Made by a program: the position numbers and the translations under genes
Origin: Macrostomum lignano
Lineage: Eukaryota
DNA length: 64,000 nt
Direction of reading: 5' to 3'
Assembly (NCBI GenBank): GCA_002269645.1
Contig: NIVC01000800.1
Span: forward strand, 62,001 to 126,000
Shown: positions 40,455-58,300 of the stretch, one piece after another
Layout of the letters: each line of letters starts with the position of its first letter
Position numbering within the stretch: the stretch's first letter is position 1
The notes under the pieces: generated by a model
What the model was told of the DNA's origin: nothing
Database searches by the model: none
What the model saw: the letters and a program-made list of their open reading frames with translations, nothing else

Positions 40455-40690
40455 CGACACTAGTTGTTTGACAAGACAAATACAAATGTAGCTTTTACTC
40501 GCACTACCCGCTTTTCTGATTCTGTGCAAGACGCAAACGAAATCAGCACTCATCACAGTGTTGTCTATGGTCAAACTAAGACACATCTCACTCGTCTATG
40601 GGTAAAATAACTCTCAAAACAGCGAATTGAAGCGTGATAAAAAAGTGTGGAATAATGACCGCTTCCAGCACGCTGAAATAATGGCCGCCA
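40455..40690 (+). repeat. Copy of a dispersed repeat family, inverted relative to 50230-50465
   Basis: AGCTTTT..CTCGCACTAC..GCTTTTCTGATT...GTCTATGGTCAAACT...GTCTATGGGTAAAATAACTCT...GTGTGGAATAATGAC aligns with the reverse complement of 50270-50450. Confidence 0.8.
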
Positions 40691-41432
40691 GACTACGCTA
40701 TGCTGAAATAATGGCCTCTATGTGTCTTATAGACAATGGCGTTGCGTCTTATATGACAATCTACCATTGCTAAACACTTTTATATATTAGCAGTGTGACA
40801 CCCATGAATTTGATGTTTAGCTGGCCACAGACATTAAAGTGTTCAGACCAATTGTATCAGATTCGCCATAGACATTAATTTGTTCAGATCAATTATCAGA
40901 TTCACTCTCCCTCGTAGATTCCTACATCCATGCTCTAGCTGTTGTTATTTGTAGCTGGTACTTTATACTTCATCATCCGATAAACGTTAGATAACAAAAA
41001 ACATGGCCCCAATTTTACCTGTTATAAATTGGAAACGTCTGCCAGTGGACGCACTTGATAGAGTCAGGACTGACGAGCATCATGTGCATTACTGACCAAA
41101 AGACCAAACGGACTGTTCGACGGTACCTCTTAAGAAAAAGATATCCTGCTGTTTGTCAAGCATCGACTGCTATAAGCGCTGCCTTAGAGCGACCAATCGG
41201 GGAAGAAGGTCTGTAAAAACTGTAGCCTTGAACAGCAGAGCAGTAGAAAAGAAAACAAGTGAGCAGACTCGGTGAAGTGACTCCGAGTCAAGACGTGCAT
41301 CTTTCAGCAGTTAGGATAAACTGCAATCTTATTATTTTTAGGATGTACCTCCAGTGTTTTTCTCATAACTTTTGGATTTCTCAGCTATATCAGATAAATG
41401 GTATATATTTCCCATGTATTTTGTTGTGTAGC

Positions 41433-41512
41433 GGGCAATGGCTCGAGGTGTCTCGTTTATTGACCGAGGCGAAGCCGAGGTCAATGATTGAGACACCGAG
41501 TGCCTTTGACCC
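41433..41512. other. ~80-nt imperfect DNA hairpin with a GCGAAGC (GAA triloop) apex
   Basis: GGTGTCTC..ATTGACC..GGC GAA GCC..GGTCAAT..GAGACACC. Confidence 0.8.
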
Positions 41513-42748
41513 TAGACAACACAATAAATCGGAAATATGGTATGTATCTCCCACTATATGGCTAAAGAACGTAAAACTACAATTAAAAAAGTTCTTCAGT
41601 ATTTTTAAACTTAAATCAAGTCAAAGCTGTAGTCTATGGCTAAGCATTTAAACAAGGTACAGGCTGAAACCACATAATGACTAAGAAAATAAAATAAGTA
41701 AGAGCAAGCGAAGAAGCGAATAATTATAAATATATAGATTTTCACGACATGACTAGCGAACGGTTTGAAAGTCTGACGGACGTTGAAGTAGACGCCTTGA
41801 TTCAAAGTACTCTTCCGCCAAACACAATAAGAAAGTGTGAGTGGATGATCGCTACATTTCGTGAATGGCATCAGTTCAAGAAGAACCAGTGGGCTACATC
41901 AGGCGGACCATCTTTAGTGGTATTAAAGGAGATCGAGGAATTCACTAAGAACGATTTTAACTACTTGTTGAAGATGTTTATTCTAGAGGTGAGAACGAAA
42001 TGGAATGAAAGATATTAGGCCGGCACATTAACCGGCAGAAGACGGATGGCACGATTTCGTGCCATAAAGTAATCATAGTTATTGACGGAACCGAATCTTA
42101 GTGTCTAGGGCAATCGTAGATTGCAGAATTTAATACCCCCGTTGCCGACTGACATGGCTAAAAAACGTGCCACGTCCGTTTTAGTTGGAAAGCTGCTTAT
42201 TTTCCTATAGGTTAGGTGGCACTGTCTATGGCAATCATCACAGATCAAGAATAGGACCAGGACCAAATGCACACCTGCGTATATTAAAAACGAATATTAG
42301 TATTTGAAGTAGTTAGTACATTTGTATCTTATGCGTAGTATAGTATAACACGAACGTAGATCATGCTTTCTGTATTGATAACACAAACTAACGCAAAAAG
42401 CATTAGTTTTTATGAAGTCTTTAGGAAGGCTCCACGTCGCCTAGCATCACCGGTATCCTCAACCAATATTTTAATAGCCTGTCTCAAGAACTGCAGAAAA
42501 GTCTTGCTGCCACCTGCCTGTTGGTAGACAATCAAAGCGTTGCGAACGAGCAGCAGGATCAGGTGAAACCCGAGTTTGTGGAACCACCGGATGCTTTTTC
42601 GATTGGCCAAGTACGGGTGTAGAGCGGAATCCATGTGGTCGACGCCACCCATGCTGTTACTTACTTACTTACTACTGACGGGGGGCGCAGGCGCCGCGAA
42701 TAGGCCGCGAGGCCCCTATCGCAACCCCAAGGTAAAAGAGCACAAGGA

Positions 42749-47613
<4,865 letters not shown>

Positions 47614-49016
47614 TTACCGTCTTATCCCAGGATTGCTCCCAGGCGAGGCTCCGGCAGGCCCCCGGTCCACACTCTGCAAGATCAGGGGGCGGGAGGCCGG
47701 CTGTGGGCTTGGGACACAGGCGCCAGGTCGAGTTGACAGCCGACGCCCGAGCTCTCCCCCACAAGAGCGGCCCTCGAGAACCCGTGTGGTACCAGTTGCA
47801 ACTAAGGGCTGTCGATGGGTAGTTGGCGCTTAGCCAGCAGCCAACTACTTAGCAGCCACCTGCCCCGCAAAAAAGCAGCAGGGGGGATCCGTCCCCCACC
47901 AGCAGACCAAGACGAGGAAGCTAGCCGCTTCCACGCCAGGCCAGAACGAAAAGGAGGGGGAAGAGCCTCCTCGAAAAACGAAAAGCTGGCGGATGTCACA
48001 GAGTCCCTCGGTTTAAGTTGCCGTTTGCCCCCCACCCATGCTGTTAGAGTACGCTAGTCGGTTTGGTGACGATCTGAACGCCGCCGCCACGACGAGTGCG
48101 CTGAACTTGCCTACATTCGGCCGATCCAGCGGTGTCCAATACGAAAACAGTCTTGACGCCACTCTGTTTCCTGTCAACAAACTTGCAGGCAAGCACATTT
48201 CCAGAGCGTGCAATGGCAGAAGAAGTTGGCTGCAGATTTACAGCCTGCAGCAGGTTTGGGATGCCGCGGTTTTTGCGCACTGTGCCAGTGAGAAGAACAT
48301 TCCGTTGCAGCAGCCACGTAGCAAGTCTGTGCGAAGTGAACCAACTGTCTGTGAAAATATGGTAGCCTAGGTAAAGCAAATTGCGGCACAACTCAGCCAC
48401 AACTCTCTCACTCATGGACAAATTTTGACAGCCCAGTCCATCACCGAACAATTGGTTGGCTTCAGTTGATGTATGGATTTCAAAATTCCACAGGTAGGTC
48501 ATGTCGGACTCACAAAGGCAGTACATCTTGATTCCGTACTTACTGCTCTTCGTTGGGATGTACTGCTTGAACAACAGTCTTCCCTTGTACAGCACGAGAC
48601 TTTCGTCAATCGAGAGCCGCTGACGAGGCATAGTTGTTGCTGCACAGCTGCTTAGCCTGTTGCAGAAAAGGCTGCGTCTTAGCCAAGGGACCCCCGTGCA
48701 GAGCCTCAGTGCAATCGTAAAAGCGAAAACAGGACAAGATCTGCTTGAACCTGTCTCTAGGAAGAGAACAAGGCTCAGCAAGAAATGCACAGTGATAAGC
48801 CGGATCTTGCGACCAATAGCTCGATATTTCAGGCTTCTTGTCCAGTCCCATCAGCAAAACAATTCCGATCAATTTTCTTACTTCATTAACCGTGCAGTCC
48901 TTCCAGTTCAGCACAAAATTTGGGACTGCTCCACCGTCAAAGTTATCCTCATAGGTCTTCCAAACCTTTGCGTTTGTCCAGTTCTTGATGTTCTCCATCA
49001 ACCCGTCCGTCAAATA

Positions 49017-49118
49017 CGAGGGCTGAGCAATAAGTTTCCGGATGTGCATAGTTGAGAGGCGGCTGACAAAATCTGACAAAATCAGATTCTGAAATCTGAA
49101 ACTATTGCTCAGCCCTCG
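49017..49118. mobile_element. 102-bp Tc1/mariner-type MITE inserted in the piggyBac transposase gene
   Basis: TA on both flanks; TIR CGAGGGCTGAGCAATA(A)GTTTC. Removing it restores FIKLYLTDGLMENI. Confidence 0.88.
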
Positions 49119-50180
49119 TACAGCTTGATAAAATCACTCTCGTTTCCGTCGGCGATCTCAGGAAGCTGCAAATCGGGCCTGACTCCTGGTACTCCGAGGA
49201 ACTCAGGCAGAGGTGCTGGCCTGGCATCAGCGCCATCTTCAACAAGATGCCATGTTCTCCTACAAGTGACTCATCCTGCCCTTCTTCTTGGTCACTATGG
49301 GGATTTTCAACTTTGGATCCGTCAATTGACTCATCATCAGCAGTGAACCAGCTCACTCCGAGTCTCCGTCAAAGTCTAACGCCATGTAATGATTCTCAGG
49401 AGCGAAATGCTTGGTGCTTTGGGTAGACAGAGGATCCAATTTTATAATAAGACTGTTTCTGTATTTCTGAAGCAGGTCCTTGGCAGAACTATTATGAGCA
49501 CGACAGTGATTTCAATAAAAATCTATGGCCGAAAATAGTGCCCTTTCCATATTTCCCTGTAAGGTTTTCTCATGAATGAAAGACATGCAGCCATAGCATT
49601 TGGTCCCCAGCCATAGACAAATTATCTTTTGGTTAAGCGGCTTTGTTACATACGGGTATACTTGTGGAGCTAGCTGCCGTCTAGAACGGGGGTAGAAATT
49701 CTGACACTCATGCACTTGGCACGAAATCGTGCCAGCCAGCCGTCGGCAAAGGGTGTGACGCATTTTTTGGTTCGTCGCGTAGAGGTTAAAGGACTTTTTT
49801 TCAATGCTCCAATATCACATGCGAAACGTTGTCGGCAACAATGGTGCTTATGGACTGATGTCGAGTTCACCGAAAGCAGAAAGGCTTTAGACTCAGCAAT
49901 GAAATTCGCAGAAGGTTACGACGGAGTCAGTGGCTGAAACTAGGGTGCAGCGAGATGCGGATATTCCTACTAGAAAGAAGATGCGGATTAATGTCAACGG
50001 TGAGACCAACAGTGTAGTTATTAGTTTCGAGTAATTATCCTATAATAACATTTAATATCATTCTTCAAATCAATAGTAACTTAACATTAACTTATTTGTT
50101 TTGTAACTTTTTTGTAAGTAGACACATTCGGGACATGCCCCCAAATTTTTGGCGCGCGCTAAAATAAAAAGAAGTAACCC

Positions 50181-50465
50181 GGCGCTCGCCAGACAATCGT
50201 TGTCACGCACTGGGACCGCTGATTATTTATCCATTATTCCACGCTTTTGCGGCCATTATTACACGCTTTTGTCACTGTCATTATTCCACACTTTTTATCA
50301 TGCTTCAATTGACTGTTTCAAGAGTTATTTTACCCATAGACCACTGAGTTGTGTGTCTCAGTTTGACCATAGACACACTGTGATGAGTGCTGATTTCGCT
50401 TGCGTCTTGCAAGAAATCAGAAAAGCGAGTAGTGCGAGAAAAAGCTTTTTGACTTGTCAAACAAC
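50181..50465 (-). repeat. Copy of the dispersed repeat family (inverted partner of 40455-40690), with terminal motif CGCTCGCCAGACAATCGTTGTCACGCACTGGGACCGCTGATTATTTATCCATT
   Basis: The terminal motif also occurs at ~15028-15078, ~11983-12010 (partial) and ~40005-40070 (head-to-head). Confidence 0.78.
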
Positions 50466-51189
50466 TATGGCTGGTGCATCTCGTCAAACAGCCGCGCTTA
50501 TTAATCGGAAACATCTTCCTGTCGACGACTGATTGAACCGTGCGGCGCTACCTAGGAAGAAAACGCGACCATGCAAGTCTTCAACGCCTCGACGGCTATA
50601 AACGATGCCTCAAAGCGGCCAATCGATTTAGTCGAGCAGCCGACAGTCCTAAAGAATCCCAGCTTGGATACTGCGGTACCAAAGGAGCTCATCAGAAGAA
50701 CTGTCACTGCAAGCCAAGACGTTTATCTTTCAAATGGTAAGTTTTTGCAACTATACTTGAGCACCTGTATTTCTCTTTTTTAGAAAACATTCAAAATAGA
50801 CCAACTACTTTTGGAGTGCAAAATCATCAGGCTAAAGTGTCGAGCATCTTTGGGAACTGCGGCTTTGAGAACTGCATGTTTCACTTTGGGTGATAAATTG
50901 ATTTTCAAATGTTCAAATTTCGACTACAAACTGATAAACTGCACTAGGTGTGGCATTAATAATGAACTCTTTTCGTGTAGCTGGTACTTTAGTTTTAATG
51001 ATTTTTTTTCCTTTTTGTTCATTTACTCCTTGCTGTTCTGTATTATTTATTCACAAAAATACTGTGCGATGGATTTTTTCAATCCAAATGTCTATGGTAC
51101 ACATCAAAACTGTGGAATAATGGCCAAATATTTTGTAATTATTGCGTCTGGGTAAAGGTATAATTACAATGTAACGATATATACTGATT

Positions 51190-51266
51190 TTTTCGCCAGC
51201 AATTGCGTAAGCTGAAGCCGCGTAGCGTAGCGGCTGAAGCTTAGGAAAGCAATTGCTGCCGTGAAA
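51190..51266. other. ~75-nt imperfect DNA hairpin with a tandem GCGTAGC (GTA triloop) apex
   Basis: CAGCAATTGC..TAAGCT..AGCCGC GTAGCGTA GCGGCT..AGCTTA..GCAATTGCTG. Confidence 0.75.
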
Positions 51267-51788
51267 TAATCTGTCTATGTCGTTATTGTATCATTTTGGA
51301 GGGGTTTTTTGGGGTCTACCTACTAAGCCCGATAGTTGCACGCTTCGATTGTCTATGGTGTAACTTCGGTCAAAACGTTATATTTCGTAATTTCACAGAG
51401 CGTGAATACCAGGTTGATTACACCTTTACTCGTTCAAGACGATATTCTATTTAGACACTATGGTTTGAAGCACAGTTCCAATTGCATTCAAATTAGACCA
51501 GCTTAAGTTCTTTTTAGCCAGTGATATTCAGTTTAGACACAAACTTAAATTTTGGTTTCGTCTATGGTTATAAGTTACTGCTTGCAAACAAACTTCATTC
51601 AATTTAGACAAGCAACATTCTATTTCGTCACAAGGAAAGGGCCGGACTGGCTAAAAATGTGTACGAGCCTAAAACTCTGTCGCTTCTTTCAAACCACCAT
51701 TTGAGTCGTCTTTTACTGTTTTTTATTTAAAACCATTGAAAGACAGAGAGAGAGAGAGAGAAAGACAGATGCAGAACAAGAGAGAATA

Positions 51789-51830
<42 letters not shown>

Positions 51831-52169
51831 GTGGGCATCCAGAAAGTCGTGCTTGATCCTCGTTGGATATTCTCCTATGAAGGGCCCTCGTCGGTCTTGT
51901 TCTTCTTCAACCCCTTCTTCTTCTTCTTCAATCGTTTTTTCGCCTTGCGGCGTAGGTAACCTCTTCTTCTACATCACCGAGCTCTTCTTCGTCTTCTTCT
52001 CCAATCTCTTCGATAATCTCCTCTTCATCTTCTACATGTACCAAAGCGGCCATCTTTTTCTTATAAAATGTGCGAAGTATATTTTTAAGTGTGCACTTTT
52101 AAAGTTACCTTTGGAAAAGTTAGGAGAGGGAGAGTGAGCCTGTGCTTGGTGTCTAAAGTGAATGTTGGC

Positions 52170-52860
52170 TTTTTAAATTGAATGTGCCAGCACCCCCATA
52201 GCACCCCCGTGCAGACGTTTTATTCCCCCCACAAATAGGGACATCAACTCGCCCCACTCGTATGGCTCTTCAGCTGAGGAAATAAGAAAGAAATCGGCTG
52301 GCTCGAGATCTCTCGAGTGCGGATCGTGAATTGACTCAAAGCGATATGGTTTAAAAACCATGTAAAAGGATTGCTCGACACTAACCTGATAGGCAAGTTC
52401 GCGTCCATCGCATTCAATAAAGGCGCAAAATACGTTGCAGAAATCAATTAACGCATCCATTGGAAATGACGCAGGGCGCATCGTAGTTGAAATTTGGTTT
52501 TTTTAGAGTTTGGAGTTGACGTGGCAATTCTCTCCTCCCATATTACTCCTCTCTCCAAGCCTTCCCGACATTGTTGCTTTACGAGCGTATAGCAAGGGTT
52601 GGCGTTCAATTGCCCAGACAGCAGACTATGCAAAACAATGAAACCTTCGAGGTCATTCTGTCTGGACAGCCAGCTACGAGCCATTTGCCAAGCGACTCAA
52701 GATTATTGTCGATAAATTTATACCATGCGACGACATACTAAAGTTAGAAAATTTTAAAATTTAACGTTTCAGCGTCTACTTAAGGAGTCTAGAAGGGTAA
52801 ATAATAAATAATAGTGTCTGCCCTCTGTCCGCCAGTCTGTTTGTGCTTCGCATTGGCAAA
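52170..52860 (-). mobile_element. Mariner-like transposase remnant, copy A
   Basis: HDPHSRDLEPADFF(L)FPQLK corresponds to the mariner HPPYSPDLAPSDFFLFPKLK motif. Broken frames; homologous to 61370-62230. Confidence 0.7.
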
Positions 52861-52939
52861 AATTACTGGAGAACATTCAGCAGTCTGCAACGCCCCCACA
52901 TATCTCGACTGCTTCTTCCGATGTGATGTAATCTGATGT

Positions 52940-55082
52940 GACTGGCTTTGAATCTAATGAGACTGACTATCAATCTAATGAGACTGGCTATCAATCTAAT
53001 GAGACTGGCTATCAATCTAATGAGACTGGCTATCAATCTAATGAGACTGAGACTGGCTATCAATCTAATGAGACTGGCTATCAATCTAATGAGACTGAGA
53101 CTGGCTATCAATCTAATGAGACTGGCTATCAATCTAATGAGACTGGCTATCAATCTAATGAGACTGGCTATCAATCTAATGAGACTGGCTATCAATCTAA
53201 TGAGACTGGCTATCAATCTAATGAGACTGGCTATCAATCTAATGAGACTGGCTATCAATCTAATGAGACTGGCTATCAATCTAATGAGACTGGCTACCAA
53301 TCTAATGAGACTGGCTATCAATCTAATGAGACTGGCTATCAATCTAATGAGACTGGCTATCAATCTAATGAGACTGGCTATCAATCTAATGAGACTGGCT
53401 ATCAATCTAATGAGACTGGCTATCAATCTAATGAGACTGGCTATCAATCTAATGAGACTGGCTATCAATCTAATGAGACTGGCTATCAATCTAATGAGAC
53501 TGGCTATCAATCTAATGAGACTGGCTATCAATCTAATGAGACTGGCTATCAATCTAATGAGACTGGCTATCAATCTAATGAGACTGGCTATCAATCTAAT
53601 GAGACTGGCTATCAATCTAATGAGACTGGCTATCAATCTAATGAGACTGGCTATCAAACTAATGTAATGAGACTGGCTATCAATCTTATCTAATGAAACT
53701 GGCTATCAAACTAATGTAATGAGACTGGCTATCAATCTTATCTCATGAGACTGGCTATCAATCTAATGAGACTGGCTATCAATCTAATGAGACTGGCTAT
53801 CAATCTAATGAGACTGGCTATCAATCTAATGAGACTGGCTATCAATCTAATGAGACTGGCTATCAATCTAATGAGACTGGCTATCAATCTAATGAGACTG
53901 GCTATCAATCTAATGAGACTGGCTATCAATCTAATGAGACTGGCTATCAATCTAATGAGACTGGCTATCAAACTAATGTAATGAGACTGGCTATCAATCT
54001 TATCTAATGAAACTGGCTATCAAACTAATGTAATGAGACTGGCTATCAATCTTATCTAATGAAACTGGCTATCAAACTAATGTAATGAGACTGGCTATCA
54101 ATCTTATCTCATGAGACTGGCTATCAATCTAATGAGACTGGCTATCAATCTAATGAGACTGGCTATCAATCTAATGAGACTGGCTATCAATCTAATGAGA
54201 CTGGCTATCAATCTAATGAGACTGGCTATGAATCTAATGAGACTGGCTATCAATCTAATGAGACTGGCTATCAATCTAATGAGACTGGCTATCAATCTAA
54301 TGAGACTGACTATCAATCTAATGAGACTGGCTATCAATCTAATGAGACTGGCTATCAATCTAATGAGACTGACTATCAATCTAATGAGACTGGCTATCAA
54401 TCTAATGAGACTGGCTATCAATCTAATGAGACTAGCTATCAATCCTATCTAATGAGACTGGCTATCAATCTTATCTAATGAGACTGGCTATCAATCTTAT
54501 CTAATAAGACTGGCTATCAATCTTATCTAATGAGACTGGCTATCAATCTAATGAGACTGGCTATCAATCTAATGAGACTGGCTATCAATCTTATCTAATG
54601 AGACTGGCTATCAATCTTATCTAATAAGACTGGCTATCAATCTTATCTAATGAGACTGGCTATCAATCTAATGAGACTGGCTATCAATCTAATGAGACTG
54701 GCTATCAATCTTATCTAATGAGACTGGCTATCAATCTTATCTAATGAGACTGGCTATCAATCTTATGTAATGAGACTGGCTATCAATCTAATGAGACTGG
54801 CTATCAATCTAATGAGACTGGCTATCAATCTAATGAGACTGAGACTGGCTATCAATCTAATGAGACTGGCTATCAATCTAATGAGACTGGCTATCAATCT
54901 AATGAGACTGGCTATCAATCTAATGAGACTGGCTATCAATCTAATGAGACTGGCTATCAATCTAATGAGACTGGCTATCAATCTAATGAGACTGGCTATC
55001 AATCTAATGAGACTGGCTATCAATCTAATGAGACTGGCTATCAATCTAATGAGACTGGCTATCAATCTAATGAGACTGGCTA
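52940..55082. repeat. 21-bp minisatellite (GAGACTGGCTATCAATCTAAT)n
   Basis: About 100 copies, with occasional 26/27-bp variants; source of the SNETGYQ/LIASLIR ORFs. Confidence 0.97.
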
Positions 55083-55189
55083 TTCGAATAATTATCGAGC
55101 GCAACTCGTCTGGCCCTGCCAGTTGGTGGGCACGCATGTCGTAGTGCACAGTGGGCAGCACAGGGATTGGCTCCAGGGTCAGGTCCACT

Positions 55190-55203
55190 ATACTGCTATA
55201 AAT
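55190..55203 (+). promoter_or_regulatory. Candidate TATA box of repeat-exon gene copy 2
   Basis: TATACTGCTATAAAT; TATAAA at 55197, ~150 bp upstream of the ATG; conserved with copy 1. Confidence 0.5.
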
Positions 55204-55348
55204 ATACTGCCGCCCCAGTCCGCGAGCTTCTCCGATTTCCAGACACACGCTTGTCAAGCTTGCTGTGGAGAATATTGTGCAAGTTCGCACTTTGTCGCTG
55301 AACAATCAACAACCGCAGGCTATTCTTTTTATTTGGTCAAGCAAGAGA

Positions 55349-58300
55349 ATGCCGCTGAAGGGCAGAGCAGCTGCAGTGAGCAGCTTGTTGCTGCTCGTTT
55401 TGCTTCTGGTTGGCACTCGCTGCCAAGCCAGACCAGTTCCAGGATCAGGTGAGTATAAGCAGGCTTGGCTTGACTGACTACTCTATGTAGCAAACAGAGT
55501 AACTAATATTGTGCTTGCATAGCAACACTTGATTACCGTACACTCGAAGGACCTCCTTTGAAACCCGCAACATTACAGAGTCTGATGATGACCACGAGGA
55601 ACTTTTTCCAGAAGAGGAAGAAGAGGAAGAAGAAGAAGAGCCTTCTACAGGTGAAGAAGGTGACGAGAGGCATGGAGGAGGAAGTGTCGTTACAGCAAGA
55701 AGTGAGTAACGGGTTTTCCACTGCTTAGCTCGTACTATTAAAGATGAAACTGGGTACTCTGTCCTAATAACAGCGGAATAATTGAAACGCTTCAGTTCTG
55801 CAACAGCTCAAAACCAGCCGAGATGAAACCTCAAAAGACTTCCTAAAAGGTAAATGCAACAAATATGTCACAAAAAACAACCATTCAACACGCTCGAAGC
55901 GCCATTTATAGGCTGAAAGAAAAGCGCAAAACTACATTCAAAACGCAAAGGTTATGTAAGGCCACTAATCTAATGGGACATGGCGACATTTCTGACACAC
56001 TTTAGCATGAAATTGATCAAGAAGTTTGACTGTTTCAGAGAAGAACAAGAAGAGGATGATTGTAGGCGGCTCCGAGAGCTCCCTGCCGCCTCAGTTTAGA
56101 AGTGAGTATCAGCGCCATGACTCACAATGGCGACATTTCTGACACACTTTAGCATGAAATTGATCAAGAAGTTTGACTGTTTCAGAGAAGAACAAGAAGA
56201 GGATGATTGTAGGCGGCTCCGAGAGCTCCCTGCCGCCTCAGTTCAGAAGTGAGTATCAGCGCCATGACTCACAATGGCGACATTTCTGACACACTTTAGC
56301 ATGAAATTGATCAAGAAGTTTGACTGTTTCAGAGAAGAACAAGAAGAGGATGATTGTAGGCGGCTCCGAGAGCTCCCTGCCGCCTCAGTTTAGAAGTGAG
56401 TATCAGCGCCACGACTCACAATGGCGACATTTCTGACACACTTTAGCATGCAATTGTTCAAGAAGTTTGACTGTTTCAGAGAAGAACAAGAAGAGGATGA
56501 TTGTAGGCGGCTCCGAGAGCTCCCTGCCGCCTCAGTTCAGAAGTGAGTATCAGCGCCATGACTCACAATGGCGACATTTCTGACACACTTTAGCATGAAA
56601 TTGATCAAGAAGTTTGACTGTTTCAGAGAAGAACAAGAAGAGGATGATTGTAGGCGGCTCCGAGAGCTCCCTGCCGCCTCAGTTCAGAAGTGAGTATCAG
56701 CGCCACGACTCACAATGGCGACATTTCTGACACACTTTAGCATGAAATTGATCAAGAAGTTTGACTGTTTCAGAGAAGAACAAGAAGAGGATGATTGTAG
56801 GCGGCTCCGAGAGCTCCCTACCGCCTCAGTTTAGAAGTGAGTATCAGCGCCATGACTCACAATGGCGACATTTCTGACACACTTTAGCATGAAATTGATT
56901 AAGAAGTTTGACTGTTTCAGAGAAGAACAAGAAGAGGATGATTGTAGGCGGCTCCGAGAGCTCCCTGCCGCCTCAGTTTAGAAGTGAGTATCAGCGCCAT
57001 GACTCACAATGGCGACATTTCTGACACACTTTAGCATGAAATTATCAAGAAGTTTGACTGTTTCAGAGAAGAACAAGAAGAGGATGATTGTAGGCGGCTC
57101 CGAGAGCTCCCTGCCGCCTCAGTTCAGAAGTGAGTATCAGCGCCATGACTCACAATGGCGACATTTCTGACACACTTTAGCATGAAATTGATCAAGAAGT
57201 TTGACTGTTTCAGAGAAGAACAAGAGGATGATTGTAGGCGGCTCCGAGAGCTCCCTACCGCCTCAGTTTAGAAGTGAGTATCAGCGCCATGACTCACAAT
57301 GGCGACATTTCTGACACACTTTAGCATGAAATTGATCAACAAGTTTGACTGTTTCAGAGAAGAACAAGAAGAGGATGATTGTAGGCGGCTCCGAGAGCTC
57401 CCTGCCGCCTCAGTTTAGAAGTGAGTATCAGCGCCATGACTCACAATGGCGACATTTCTGACACATAGCATGCAATTCATCAACAAGTTTGACTGTTTCA
57501 GAGAAGAACAAGAAGAGGATGATTGTAGGCGGCTCCGAGAGCTCCCTACCGCCTCAGTTTAGAAGTGAGTATCAGCGCCATGACTCACAATGGCGACATT
57601 TCTGACACACTTTAGCATGCAATTCATCAACAAGTTTGACTGTTTCAGAGAAGAACAAGAAGAGGATGATTGTAGGCGGCTCCGAGAGCTCCCTGCCGCC
57701 TCAGTTTAGAAGTGAGTATCAGCGCCATGACTCACAATGGCGACATTTCTGACACACTAGCATGCAATTCATCAACAAGTTTGACTGTTTCAGAGAAGAA
57801 CAAGAAGAGGATGATTGTAGGCGGCTCCGAGAGCTCCCTGCCACCTCAGTTTAGAAGTGAGTATCAGCGCCATGACTCACAATGGCGACATTTCTGACAC
57901 ACTAGCATGCAATTCATCAACAAGTTTGACTGTTTCAGAGAAGAACAAGAAGAGGATGATTGTAGGCGGCTCCGAGAGCTCCCTACCGCCTCAGTTTAGA
58001 AGTGAGTATCAGCGCCATGACTCACAATGGCGACATTTCTGACACACTAGCATGCAATTCATCAAGAAGTTTGACTGTTTCAGAGAAGAACAAGAAGAGG
58101 ATGATTGTAGGCGGCTCCGAGAGCTCCCTGCCGCCTCAGTTTAGAAGTGAGTATCAGCGCCATGACTCACAATGGCGACATTTCTGACACACTAGCATGC
58201 AATTCATCAACAAGTTTGACTGTTTCAGAGAAGAACAAGAAGAGGATGATTGTAGGCGGCTCCGAGAGCTCCCTGCCGCCTCAGTTTAGAAGTGAGTATC

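Noticed and set aside
49741-49757. Placing the piggyBac end at ...GGCAAAGGG (49753)
   Set aside because: No TTAA there. The TTAA at 49786 restores the interrupted Crypton-like frame.
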